DNA of 63,075 bases, the filler included, from Octopus bimaculoides (lineage: Eukaryota), in NCBI RefSeq assembly GCF_001194135.2. It is 8 parts of 7 records of this genome, joined end to end, with 100 filler letters (N's around TTAATTAATTAA, not from the genome) between each part and the next. Parts side by side here need not be neighbours in the genome. Positions count along the whole stretch, not along the records: positions 51,748 to 57,345 come from NC_068988.1; positions 57,446 to 60,780 come from NC_068984.1; positions 60,881 to 63,075 come from NC_068982.1; 5 more parts are not named here. One strand, written 5' to 3'. The notes under the pieces are model-generated. The model did not search any database and was not told the origin of the DNA. It worked only from the letters and a program-made list of their open reading frames with translations. The position numbers and the translations under genes are program-made. Positions 51,748 to 63,075 of the stretch are shown piece by piece; within the stretch, counting starts at the first letter, position 1, and every line of letters begins with the position of its first letter.

Positions 51748-51826
<79 letters not shown>

Positions 51827-52319
51827 TATGTATGTATGTATGTATGTATGTATGTATTGTCCAAAAGTAGCGATGAAACACAAAGACGATGTGAAAGAAT
51901 AACAAAAACGGTACATTAGGTTTACGCTCAGAAAAGATGGAAGAAGTCTTTTACCTTTCCAACCTACGTTCTACTACAGAAAGGACAGGTCAGGAGAGAA
52001 CATAAAGCGTGTCTCTGAGTCAAACGGTCAGGGTAGGCATGCACATATGTATATGTATGTATGTATATCTATATATATATGTGTGTGTAACTAAATATAT
52101 ATGTGAATGAACGTGCGCGTGGGCGTGTGGGCGTGCGCGCGTGCGGGCGAGCGGGCGTGCCTGTGTAAGAACCTGAGAATGTAGAGAATGGAACTGGTAA
52201 AGGACGGACTGCAATTGTCTCAGAGCTAAAACAATGTTAGTTACATAACATGTAAAATATATAGAACCTATTTAGTGAATCTTCAGGTCTTATAGTGAAT
52301 CGTAAATATCAACTACTAC

Positions 52320-52358
<39 letters not shown>

Positions 52359-53803
52359 AAAATGTAAAAAAGCCAGAATGCTGAACTGGGAGCNNNNNNN
52401 NNNNNNNNNNNNNNNNNNNNNNNNNNNNNNNNNNNNNNNNNNNNNNNNNNNNNNNNNNNNNNNNNNNNNNNNNNNNNNNNNNNNNNNNNNNNNNNNNNNN
52501 NNNNNNNNNNNNNNNNNNNNNNNNNNNNNNNNNNNNNNNNNNNNNNNNNNNNNNNNNNNNNNNNNNNNNNNNNNNNNNNNNNNNNNNNNNNNNNNNNNNN
52601 NNNNNNNNNNNNNNNNNNNNNNNNNNNNNNNNNNNNNNNNNNNNNNNNNNNNNNNNNNNNNNNNNNNNNNNNNNNNNNNNNNNNNNNNNNNNNNNNNNNN
52701 NNNNNNNNNNNNNNNNNNNNNNNNNNNNNNNNNNNNNNNNNNNNNNNNNNNNNNNNNNNNNNNNNNNNNNNNNNNNNNNNNNNNNNNNNNNNNNNNNNNN
52801 NNNNNNNNNNNNNNNNNNNNNNNNNNNNNNNNNNNNNNNNNNNNNNNNNNNNNNNNNNNNNNNNNNNNNNNNNNNNNNNNNNNNNNNNNNNNNNNNNNNN
52901 NNNNNNNNNNNNNNNNNNNNNNNNNNNNNNNNNNNNNNNNNNNNNNNNNNNNNNNNNNNNNNNNNNNNNNNNNNNNNNNNNNNNNNNNNNNNNNNNNNNN
53001 NNNNNNNNNNNNNNNNNNNNNNNNNNNNNNNNNNNNNNNNNNNNNNNNNNNNNNNNNNNNNNNNNNNNNNNNNNNNNNNNNNNNNNNNNNNNNNATATAT
53101 ATATATATATATATAATGTGTGTGTATTTATTTTCATCATTGTATTATATATTTCTAACAAATATATATATCAGTAAATACATGCTACTTTCTGTGTATA
53201 AATATATGGTCTATCTTATACAATACTCATATACTAATTATGTCCAAAATGTATAAAGGAGTTGAGATGTGAATAAGATTATGAGATCCCTTTCTTGCAT
53301 GGGATGAGCAACGTACTACTTTCATAGGACTGCATCATCATACATACATACATCTATTAGGGAAAATATCCATTCAGTCACAGCTGCCAACAAAGCGCTG
53401 TTTCATCTTTTATATATACATAGTCTTACACATATTGTCACGCATGCTAACATAGAGACACATACATGCATACGTACATACCTTTATACATACATGCATT
53501 TAGACATTTGAAGCCGTTACATGCCCGCTTATATACACACTTATACACACGCGCGCATAACACCGTTAAGTATATTTTTAATATGAGCTAGTTAATAGAT
53601 GAAGGGAGATAATTCGGCTTTATTTAAGAAGTCATTAAAAAAACTAAACTTTTCTCTAATTTTGAATTTTGTATTTATTCATTGTTTCAACGTTACTAAC
53701 TTTCTTCTTTTGAATGTGGTTATGGTGTCTGCATTTTAGGGATGAAGAAAGCGAACGAGTAGTGAGACAGAGAGAAGGAGAAAGAATAAAGTTTGTGTGT
53801 GTT

Positions 53804-53869
<66 letters not shown>

Positions 53870-54599
53870 GACAGTAACATACGGTGCTGCATAAACACAT
53901 TGATTTGACGTCAATGTAGTCCGATCGATGTGCCATTTCATCTGTCGTCAGAGTCCTACGGTTGGACGAACACGTAACATGTTTGGAACAGATTACTAAT
54001 CGATTATACCAATCGATCCCAGTTCTTCATTTTATTGATCCAAGATGAATGATAGACAAAACCTTCAAGCCATTTTATTCACCACTAAAAATATTCTGTC
54101 ATCCACTGCAACATGAGTGGAAGAAGAAATAAACTCAGTGGTTGAAATGGCCGCATTGTTGACACTGCAGTCATCTTCCTGTTTACAGGAACATAACACA
54201 CTAAACCTATGGTATTGTCCCAGCATGGCTACAGGCCGCTAACTTTAATCTGTACAACTAGTTCGGAAATTTGTTTTTTTATTCAAGAACTCTGGAATTC
54301 GATTTCCTGTTTGAAGACTATATCTTTGGTGTGGTGGACTTATCCTGTTGTTTGTACAACTATAGCAGGGGAAAATCGGGTAATATGTCCGGTCTTAGAA
54401 TCCCTTCTGCTTTTCTTCCTTCCCACGAGTTTCGAAAATCCCTAAAAAGAGCCTCGGAATAAGCGTATCTCTTGCTTCTTTCCTCCTGTCATCCCACCAG
54501 TCTTGGAAACCCCTACAGAGGGAATGAGGATAATTTCCTTCCTCGCTCCCTTCCTTCTCTCAACTTGCAATTAATAGTTTATACAAATTATACACGAAA

Positions 54600-55591
54600 A
54601 GCCATCATTTTGCCAGAAGTTCAATTCCGTGCTTATACCATTTGGCAGATTTAGAGGCTAAAACATCCCTGCATCCGTTTTCAACCTCACCCAACTTTTT
54701 GAACCTCCATCTGTGCAGGAAATAAGCAGACGGTGCAAAGTCTGGACTGTAGGTATGGTGAGGCAGCACTTCCAGCCTCTCAAATTCCTCAAGTTTGCAC
54801 ATTGGTAGTTCGTTCAAGGGCATTCGTCATGCCGCATGAGTGAACAAATTCCCGTTGCCCAATGCGGACTTTCAAAGCATATATTCGCTGCAGTTATTGA
54901 GCATAAATGTTTGCGTTCACAACAGGCTCTGAATATTGGCCGGCACGAAGCCACTGAATTCTGTTATTAAGATTACAAAAATTGATCCATTTTTCATCTC
55001 CGGTTACAATATGATGCCAAAAACACGCATCACGAGGATTTCGAAGCAGCTGTCTGCAAATGTTCACACGCCGCTGAGCCTGGTCATTAGTCAGTTCATG
55101 GGAGCTTCTTGACAACATCTGTTCACAAGTCCAAGTTTATTGAGTCGTTGATTGATGGTGCTTTGTGAAGGATCAAGTACTTCAAAGAATGTATGAGTGT
55201 TTGTGCTTAGCTGTTGTTCAACCATTTCCGGCAAGGACTCATTTTCCACAACAGATTTCCCTGGCCTTGGTTTGTCTTCAAGGGTGGCGTCACCTTCTTT
55301 GATAGTTTAGCTCGTTTTGTGCCACACGTTCGTTGACATTTCCTGGCCCTTCCATATCATTAATTTATTTTTCCACTGCCCTTGCACTCCAACCCTTTCT
55401 CCACAAGTAGTGTCCAATGGCTGTAATTGCATCTTTTTCACCGCTCATTATCGAAGTTCTAAAATAATGAATAAACAATTCAGCAACGATTGGACAACGC
55501 ATTGTATCAAACTGATGATATAACATGGCGATACATGTAACCCAAAATCATCAGTGAAAATCCGAAAAACAACTTCTGACTAAACCTCGTA
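54600..55591 (-). mobile_element. Mariner (DD34D) transposon fossil, pseudogenised transposase
   Basis: Minus-strand segments EDKPRPGK (HTH linker), HELT..RRVNICRQLL..IVTGDEKW, HD, EVLPHHTYSPDFAPSAY, WYKHGIELLAK with stops and frameshifts. 5' TIR-like end TACGAGGTTTAGTCAGAAGTT at 55591-55571; 3' TIR not found. Confidence 0.9.
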
Positions 55592-57242
55592 CATGCTTAT
55601 TCTTTCGTTACTGTCTTTACTTTTCCTTATATACATTTTCTCATTCTCCTAACAACTCGTCCGTTTTATCCCCCGTTGCATTTTGCTGTTGACGCCACTA
55701 AATTGAACAATATCATCGATAAGGCGCCAAAAACGCGAGGAATTTTGGTGGATAACTGATTAGGGTTTAGCGTGTCCATATCCTCTGTGTATGTATGTTT
55801 CCGTTTGTTCCTTCATCGTCCTCCTGTGCCGCATTTTACTACATACATACATACATACATACATACATACATACGCACGCACGCACGCACACACACACAC
55901 ACACACACAGACACACACACACATACATACATACACACGCACGCACACACACACACACATACATACATACATACATACACACATACATACATACATACAT
56001 ACATACATACACTTCTCATTTGTATCTATCATCATAGGTGCATTTAGCCCCAACAAATTTGCACAAGAACCTAGAGATGTTCGCTTTCATATAAAAAGAT
56101 CAAAAGAATCAGACACGAATTCTCCAAATCCATTCTATTAGAGGCACACTGAAGATTTGGAAGACATTCTATAAATTCTCCATCTGAGATTCTTAAGTAA
56201 ACAGATGCACACACTTGGGTGCATGCATCGACAATTCACCCAACATATCAACTCAACCACATATTAACCAGCACTGGGACTGAAAAAGTATTGTACCTTT
56301 GTTAGCGATCGGCTTGAACTCTCTGAAGAACGTAAATAAAACTCAAAGAAAAATCATAGATACATTGACTCATCTAATTCATATTCTATTCTTCTTATTT
56401 TCTACTGCAGGATGTATTAGAAAACGAGGAGATGAAGCTGGACATGATGTTTCGCTATTCACTGATGCAAGATATTGTCAGGGTAAGTTTAATCAGATGA
56501 TATTTTCCAACTCAATATGGCGTTCGACAATAATTCCATGGGAAATAACTCTAAAGGTTTTAAAAGTTTATTTAGAGTAATTCCCCTTGGACTGCAGCGT
56601 TTCTTGACTGCGCTTGATTTGTTAAATGGTTTGAATCAATAGAAAAGAAAAAAAAAACACCATCATCATGATCGTCGTGGTCGTGGTCGTGGTCGTCTTT
56701 AAAAATTAGGCGTTTGTTGTATATTGTGGTTTTGGAGTCCTGCACCAGGGAAAAAAATGGGACTCCATGCCTGAAATGCATTTAATCTAAGCTAGCCTAG
56801 GGCTAAATAACTGATTAATTTATTTATTGTTTAGCTTCAGATCAACCCTGATTGAACAGCCCTATAAACAAAAGTAGACCAACCGTGATCTTATGATTTA
56901 CTTTGTATATGTAAGACAACATTGTCGAATGTGTTCCTGCTTCAAGACGGTGGTATAGTGTGATTTGAGAGGAAAACGTTGCTGCTTCTAATGAGTTAAA
57001 ATTACATAGAAACTCTCATATTGCTTCATTTTGTGCTCGCGTTTTTTGCCTTTTCTGTTGGGGTTTTTTTGTGTTTTTTTTTCTTATTGAATATAAAGAG
57101 ATGAAAGATTTAGTGAACTTATTTGAGAACTAGATGTAGAATATTTAGTATCTGAAATATTATATGTATGTATACACATACATACATACGTACATACATA
57201 AATACATACATATATATATGAACACACACACAACATATATAA

Positions 57243-57305
<63 letters not shown>

Positions 57306-57312
57306 TACACAC

Positions 57313-57345
<33 letters not shown>

Positions 57346-57445
57346 NNNNNNNNNNNNNNNNNNNNNNNNNNNNNNNNNNNNNNNNNNNNTTAATTAATTA
57401 ANNNNNNNNNNNNNNNNNNNNNNNNNNNNNNNNNNNNNNNNNNNN

Positions 57446-57477
<32 letters not shown>

Positions 57478-58412
57478 CTTGGCTCTGGAAGTATCCTGAG
57501 TATGGCTTTAAGCCCAAACCGGCAATGGGGCCTTGATGCAAAAGTTCCAGAGTTTTGAGGAGTGTGGAACCACCTCTTAACGATTCCCCGGTCTAACCTG
57601 ACCAGAATAATTGCACGTGTTAGGGCCCCAGTTATGGATTAACTAGTATACTGACTAAGCCCTGTCTTACTTTCCTTCATCAAATACAGAACAGCGTCTG
57701 TTCCAACATCTGGCGGCTACCCCAGTCACACACCCTCTGCATCTGTTCGACATAGCAAATGAAAATTTTTTTTCATACACATTACAAAGTTCTTAACGTC
57801 GTTAGTGGCCATACATAGCGTTATTTCACCATCCTTTCGAATCGTCAGCACCATTTAAATTAAAACAAATAAATTATGACAAATCCAACATTTTACGAAG
57901 TGAAGCATACCTTATCAAAAGAAAATAGTTTATAGTTTGAAAGGCATTCCTGACGTTTTATTGCTTCCTTCTTCAACCTAACGTTTTTTATACAATGCGA
58001 TTAGAGAGATGGCTCAGTAGCTGTGAAAAGAATCAGGTTTATAGCGTTACTGTAAACAAGTGTCTGCTTTACAATAAAAGATATACGCAAATAAGAAAAA
58101 AGAACAGCATAAAATCTTGATGGAAGTTAAGTTACTTAGTTCAGGAAAAAACCCCAAAAAGTATTTCAACATATTCAGTACTCGGGTGATTTCGTTACTA
58201 GCATCCGGTGTTTCTTTAACTTTAAGTAAGGTTTAAACTAAGTAACAAGTTTTTACGTACCTCTTTTTTTTTATGTAATTATATTTGCATATAACGTTCG
58301 GTTTACCTTACTGTTTACTTTACGCAATTCAAATAAAGCCTGGAGAAATCTTACTTTAGAGAAGTATTTGCATTATAATAAAAAATATAATTATGCACAC
58401 ACACATAAATAC

Positions 58413-58452
<40 letters not shown>

Positions 58453-59480
58453 GTAATTATATTTTTTATTATACATACTTCTCTAAAGTAGAATTTATCC
58501 ACGCTTTATTTGATTGGAGTGAAAGTAAAGCAGCCAATAGTCAACAGAACGTTAAAAATTTGCACCCATTTTTCCTTTTGTTCAAGGTCTACTATACTAA
58601 ATGAAGTCATTTGAAAACCTGTGTTGTACTTAAACACATAAACATTCATATTTATTACGCAGATTATTGAAATTCACTGTCTGATTCAAAGAGCATAACA
58701 TCTAGATATTTTATAAATATAAACTGAACTTCGAAGAAATCAAGAATAAAATATTTTAAACTTTCCATGGTATTTTGAAACCATATACAAACTTATCAAC
58801 GATATGACTTTTAAATGAAGAACTTTCATAACTACAGTGTTTCAGTATATATTCTGTAAATATCATCGTCTCTCAGACAGAGGGGGAGAGAAATGGGGGA
58901 GAGAGGGGAGAGAGACAGAGATAAAGACGGAGAGAGAGTGGGTAACAGTTGAGTGAAAAAGTGTGTATGCGTGAGTATGTGTATGCATGTGTGCACCAGT
59001 GTGATGTGTATATGAGAAAGAATGATTTTTAGTGTGATAGAAAGGTAATAGGAAAGCCGCAGAAAGGGTGAAAGAAACAAAATTCAAGGAAAGGCTGAAG
59101 AAGAAAAAATATTTCTCTACTACACACTAACACACCTATTCAGCTGCCAGTGTATGGCAACTATCAGTCTTTCAACACCTTTTTTATTCCTTTATTTTCT
59201 AATCCAGCAATGTGTGTACATACATATGTATGTATATATGCACTCACGCAAACACCCATATATGAACAAGTTCACGTTAGTTTTTACGTTTACAGTGTTT
59301 ATGACTGGTGCTGTTGTTTATGTCTTGTTTTTGTACTGAAACTTAGCGGCTTAAGAAATAAAGAGCAATAAAATAAGTAATGAGAGGGATATGATCAACT
59401 ATTCACTCGGTGATGATACTCCAGCATTGCCACATTTGATTACTGAAACGTGTTAGTAAAACTGTCGATGTCTATTTATA

Positions 59481-60019
59481 TTCAGAGTGTTCCCCTCCCC
59501 CGCAAAAATGACATCATTTCGGAATCTAATAGCAGCCAATTCTCGATGAAATGATCTCCAAAATGTGCAAAAACTCAGCTTGGATTGGGAATGCCAGTGA
59601 CAATGACAATGTGTTGCTGAAATGGTTACCACGTTCACTTCATTTGACATCTTGGGATTTTTTTCTATGAGGCTATGTGAAAGGACTGGTCTATATCTTC
59701 CAACAAACCTAGAGAACTCGAGTAGAGAATCACTAAGGTGCTGGAGAATGTTATGCAAGACATGCTAAAGCATGTTTGGCGAGATCTGGTCCAGCGACTT
59801 GACGTGTGTCGTGTCACAGGCGGTGCTCATATTGAACACTTGTGAAGCTTTGTGAAATCGGTTATAAAATCTACATCCCTCTTAATCTCTTGTTCGAATT
59901 TTGATAAATAAATCTTTTATTGTTCAACATGAAGCCTATTTAATTTCGTTTGCCTTGGACATGTAGTTATTTAGATATTCATTTTTCAAATGATGTCAGT
60001 TTGTGAGGGGCATCCTGTA
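59481..60019 (+). mobile_element. Internally deleted Tc1/mariner-superfamily element (DD41D/Visitor- or maT-like) with both TIRs
   Basis: WIG..KWLPRSLHLTSWDFFL*GYVKGLVY (from 59581) and MLKHVWRDLVQRLDVCRVTGGAHIEHL* (stop 59843-45). Left end cagagtg..cccctc..caaaaatgacatcattt (59483-59519) matches the reverse complement of the right end aaatgatgtcagtttgtgaggggcatcctg|TA (59988-60019). Confidence 0.8.
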
Positions 60020-60710
60020 TATTTATATGAGCTTAGGTACGCATTCGTGAATGTGAGCGTTCGTTTACGTACCTCAACCTTCGGGCTATATGTAATTTAT
60101 GTGAATGACTCTCTAGTCACGTAATATCTCTATAGACGAATACACCTACTACAATATTTTCCTCTCCCATTTTCTTTATATTATTTTCTATTATTTCTCA
60201 TAAAGCACATCCGTGTATTTGCTTAACCTGCTTAGATATTTCTTTAACCGATTATTTTAAAGGCTTCTTTTCTATTCAATTATTTAATCATTCCTCGTCG
60301 CAGTAATTTCATGAGAACTATTTAGAAAAGGTTCAGTTGATATATTAGAAGGAGTAACACACACGGACGCACACATACACACACATACGCACACACTCAC
60401 ACACACACGACCATTCTCTTTCTATTCTTGATTATCATACTCAAGTTCCAGCATACAAACTCTCTTCAGAATCACTGCCAAAACCGAAATTACAATTGTG
60501 ATTTTATTGTTCACCTTCAGAAATTGTATTTTCCGAACACACACACGCGCACACGCACACATGCACGCGTGCGCGCACATACATATACACATGTGCCGTT
60601 AGTTATTATACTCATTCAAAACAGCAATTTTTCAATAAATACATATGTATGCATACACAGACACATACACATTTGTATACCTTTATCTTTATATGTGTGG
60701 TGTGGTGTGT

Positions 60711-60780
<70 letters not shown>

Positions 60781-60880
60781 NNNNNNNNNNNNNNNNNNNN
60801 NNNNNNNNNNNNNNNNNNNNNNNNTTAATTAATTAANNNNNNNNNNNNNNNNNNNNNNNNNNNNNNNNNNNNNNNNNNNN

Positions 60881-60913
<33 letters not shown>

Positions 60914-60950
60914 ATATGTATATGTTATATATATAATATGTATATCATAA

Positions 60951-61312
60951 TCATCATCGTTTAATGTCTGCTTTCCATGCTGGCATGGGTTGGACGGTTT
61001 GACTGAGGAATGGTGATCCAGAGGCTGCACCAGGCTCCAATCTAATTTGGCAAAGTTTCTACAGCTGGATGCCCTTCTTCCAAACGCCAACCACTCCAAG
61101 AGTGTAGTGGGTGCTTTTACGTGACACTGCCATGAGGGCCAGCCAGGTGGTTCTGGCATTGACCATGCCCAAAAGGTGTGTTTTACATGCTACCTGCATG
61201 AGAGCCAGTCTGGCAGCACTGGCAACTACCACGCTCAAATGTTTTTCACGTGCCACTGGCACATGTGCCAGTAGGGCAACTCTAGCAATGATCACACTTG
61301 AATGGTGCTTTT
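60951..61312 (-). mobile_element. 3' UTR/tail of the same RTE-like family with (GAT)n tail
   Basis: Contains ~3 copies of the ~58-bp repeat seen at 34585-34640 (reverse complement); ends ..ccatgccagcatggaaagcagacattaaacgatgatga on the minus strand. Confidence 0.7.
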
Positions 61313-61325
61313 ATATATAATATGT

Positions 61326-61653
61326 GTATGTCTGTATGGTAAGTAGCTTGCTTATGAACCACATGGTTCCGGGTGCAGTCCCACTGCATGGCACTTTGGG
61401 CAAGTGTTTTCTATAGCCTCGGGCCGACCAAAGCCTTGTGAGTGGATTTAGTAGAAAGAAACTGAAAGAAGCCCATTGTATATATGTATATGTATATATA
61501 TGTGTGTGTGTTTGTGTGTATATGTTTGTCCGTCCAACATTGCTTGACAACCGCTGCTAGTGTGTTTACATCCCCGTAACTTAGCGGTTTGGCAAAAGAA
61601 CCGATAGAATAAGTACTAGGCTTACAAAGAATAAGTCCTGGGGTCGATTTGCT
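61326..61653 (+). mobile_element. SINE family C, 3'-truncated, ~230 bp upstream of the IAP acceptor
   Basis: tggtaagtagcttgc..tttgggcaagtg..gatagaataagtactaggcttacaaagaataagtcctggggtcgatttgct. Confidence 0.9.
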
Positions 61654-61860
61654 GTACTGTTTACCAACTTGTATCAACATAATGCAATGGAGGTTAAACT
61701 AACCAAGATGACAACAGAAAATGAAGTAAAAATATTTAATCACATAAGCCTTAATACTTTCAGCTTGATTAGTCTTGTAAATCATTTATATATTTTCTTT
61801 GTACATCTCTTTTCACCTTGTAGACTATACAATTTCATGCAGAAAAAAAATTCATATATT

Positions 61861-61882
61861 TTTTATATTTTCGTCTTTTCAG
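61861..61882 (+). other. Probable 3' splice acceptor of the IAP exon (exon would start at 61883, with 42 nt of 5' UTR)
   Basis: Polypyrimidine tract ttttatattttcgtcttttc followed by AG at 61881-82; implies an upstream non-coding exon that I could not locate. Confidence 0.65.
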
Positions 61883-61924
61883 TCACTGGATATAACTAAT
61901 AATTAATAATACTGACAGAAAACA

Positions 61925-62903
61925 ATGGAAAATCTGAAGACAACATCAGGGGACCTATGTTATGAAATAGGAAGATTGTCGACATTCTCTGAAGATATTC
62001 AACAAAAACTAACAGTTACAGAGGTTGCTGCAAATGGTTATCATTATGATAGCACAGAAGGGAAAATAATGTGCTATTTCTGTGAACCTGTGCTGGAATT
62101 TTCAGATTCCAATTTTAAACATAAATATTTGTGTAAACATAAAGTTGACAGTTCTTCAGTTTATTTACATGGTGATACAGATATTGAAAATGCTGCAGCT
62201 TTTAATGTCCAAAACACTGAACAAGAAACTGAGGCTGTAGTAACAACTAGTACTGAAAAAGTTATTAATTCAAATAAAAATGAAATGCTTGATATGCAAA
62301 AAAGACTGGATTCCTTTAAAAATTGGAACAAAAGCGTGCCAGTAACACCCACAGATCTTGCCAAGAATGGATTTTATTACCGAGGTTATGGAGATGCTGT
62401 TAAATGTGCATACTGCTCTGTCCACCTGCGCAACTGGAAAGAAAATGATAATGTCCATGACGAACATACACGTTTTAGTTCGAAATGTCCAAATTTAGAA
62501 TCTTTTTTGAAAACGGGATTAAAATCTGAACTGAATCGGATAAAAAGTTTTGTCAAGTGGACGACATCTTACCCATTAAAAGCTAAAGATTTGGCAGCTA
62601 ATGGATTCTACTACAAGGGGCCTGCAGATAATGTCTGTTGTATATTTTGCAAATGTGAAATCAAAAATTGGAAAGCTAATGATAATATTAAAGAAAAACA
62701 TAGGTCAATTTCTCCGAACTGCCCTTTCTTGTGTGAGAAATTGGTAGGTAACGTACCAATACCAAATCAGAGTAATAAATTTGACTCTCCAAAACATCCA
62801 CATTTTGCCTCATTAAGTGAACGTCTTAAAACATTTTCTTCATGGCCAGAGATTAAAAATCAAAAACCTGAATCTTTAGCAGATGCTGGGTTCTTTCATA
62901 ATG
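61925..62903 (+). CDS. Inhibitor of apoptosis (baculoviral IAP repeat-containing, BIRC/IAP family) protein, first coding exon (326 codons + 1 nt); gene continues beyond the window
   Basis: Two canonical BIR domains with C-x2-C-x16-H-x6-C (aa 161-188 CAYC..H..C; aa 239-266 CIFC..H..C) with RxxSF, W and GFYY motifs. A degenerate N-terminal BIR (aa 13-70) and the start of a fourth (RLKTFSSWP..LADAGFFHNG). ATG in ACAATGG context with in-frame TGA at 61913-15. Exon ends at AATG|GTAAAT (intron from 62904, phase 1), the position where XIAP/cIAP-type genes split the BIR3-type domain. The ORF-track tail KYIQYLFIYIY is intron read-through. Confidence 0.95.
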
Positions 62904-63075
62904 GTAAATATATACAATATTTATTTATATATATATATATATATCTTTGGTTACTCTCTTTAGTATTATTTCCAATTTCCATGCCTGCATGTATAGCATG
63001 GTTTTGAAAATTGGTTCTTTACATATTGTTAGAGACAGCTGAGTAAACTAAGGTAAGCAAAGAAAATATGCCCTA

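Noticed and set aside
52121-52155. G4/Sp1-like GGGCG cluster
   Set aside because: Derived from a degenerate (GT/GC)n tract; no other promoter evidence.
53915-53955. CTGACGA..GAAA on the minus strand
   Set aside because: No stem II, I or III pairing.
54608-54622. Apparent mariner 3' TIR (ttttgccagaagttc)
   Set aside because: Lies inside the transposase C-terminal coding segment (ELLAK); the match to the 5' TIR is probably coincidental.
57475-57640. Possible old SINE/LINE fragment
   Set aside because: Resembles octopus repeats from memory only; no second copy in the window to support it.
62904-63007. Last 33 aa of the 360-aa ORF as a hydrophobic C-terminus
   Set aside because: Follows a GT donor in the middle of a BIR and includes a (TA)n tract; intron read-through.

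Overview
Eukaryotic, AT-rich, gap-ridden draft genomic DNA, very probably Octopus (inferred from the SINE families and the extreme microsatellite density, not verified). The only confident host gene is at the right edge: a ~1 kb first coding exon (61925-62903, +) of an inhibitor-of-apoptosis (BIR/IAP) gene with four BIR-type repeats, ending at a phase-1 GT donor. The remaining ~61 kb is non-coding. It contains at least five tRNA-derived SINE families in many copies, fossils of CR1 and RTE LINEs, a mariner fossil, an internally deleted Tc1/mariner element, a fold-back MITE, a Helentron-like (HINE/DINE-type) element, microsatellites and a telomere-like 20-mer array. Almost all listed ORFs are microsatellite or N-gap artefacts. 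The most unusual signals are two Penelope-type minimal hammerhead ribozyme motifs. One lies in a ~300-bp element that also has a tRNA/Pol III head (41641-41940, -). The other lies in a 50-bp-arm palindrome of divergent hammerhead copies (31125-31229). Seven identical 44N-TTAATTAATTAA-44N blocks are artificial scaffold linkers, so linkage across them is not guaranteed. All alignments and folds were done by eye; no database search was run.
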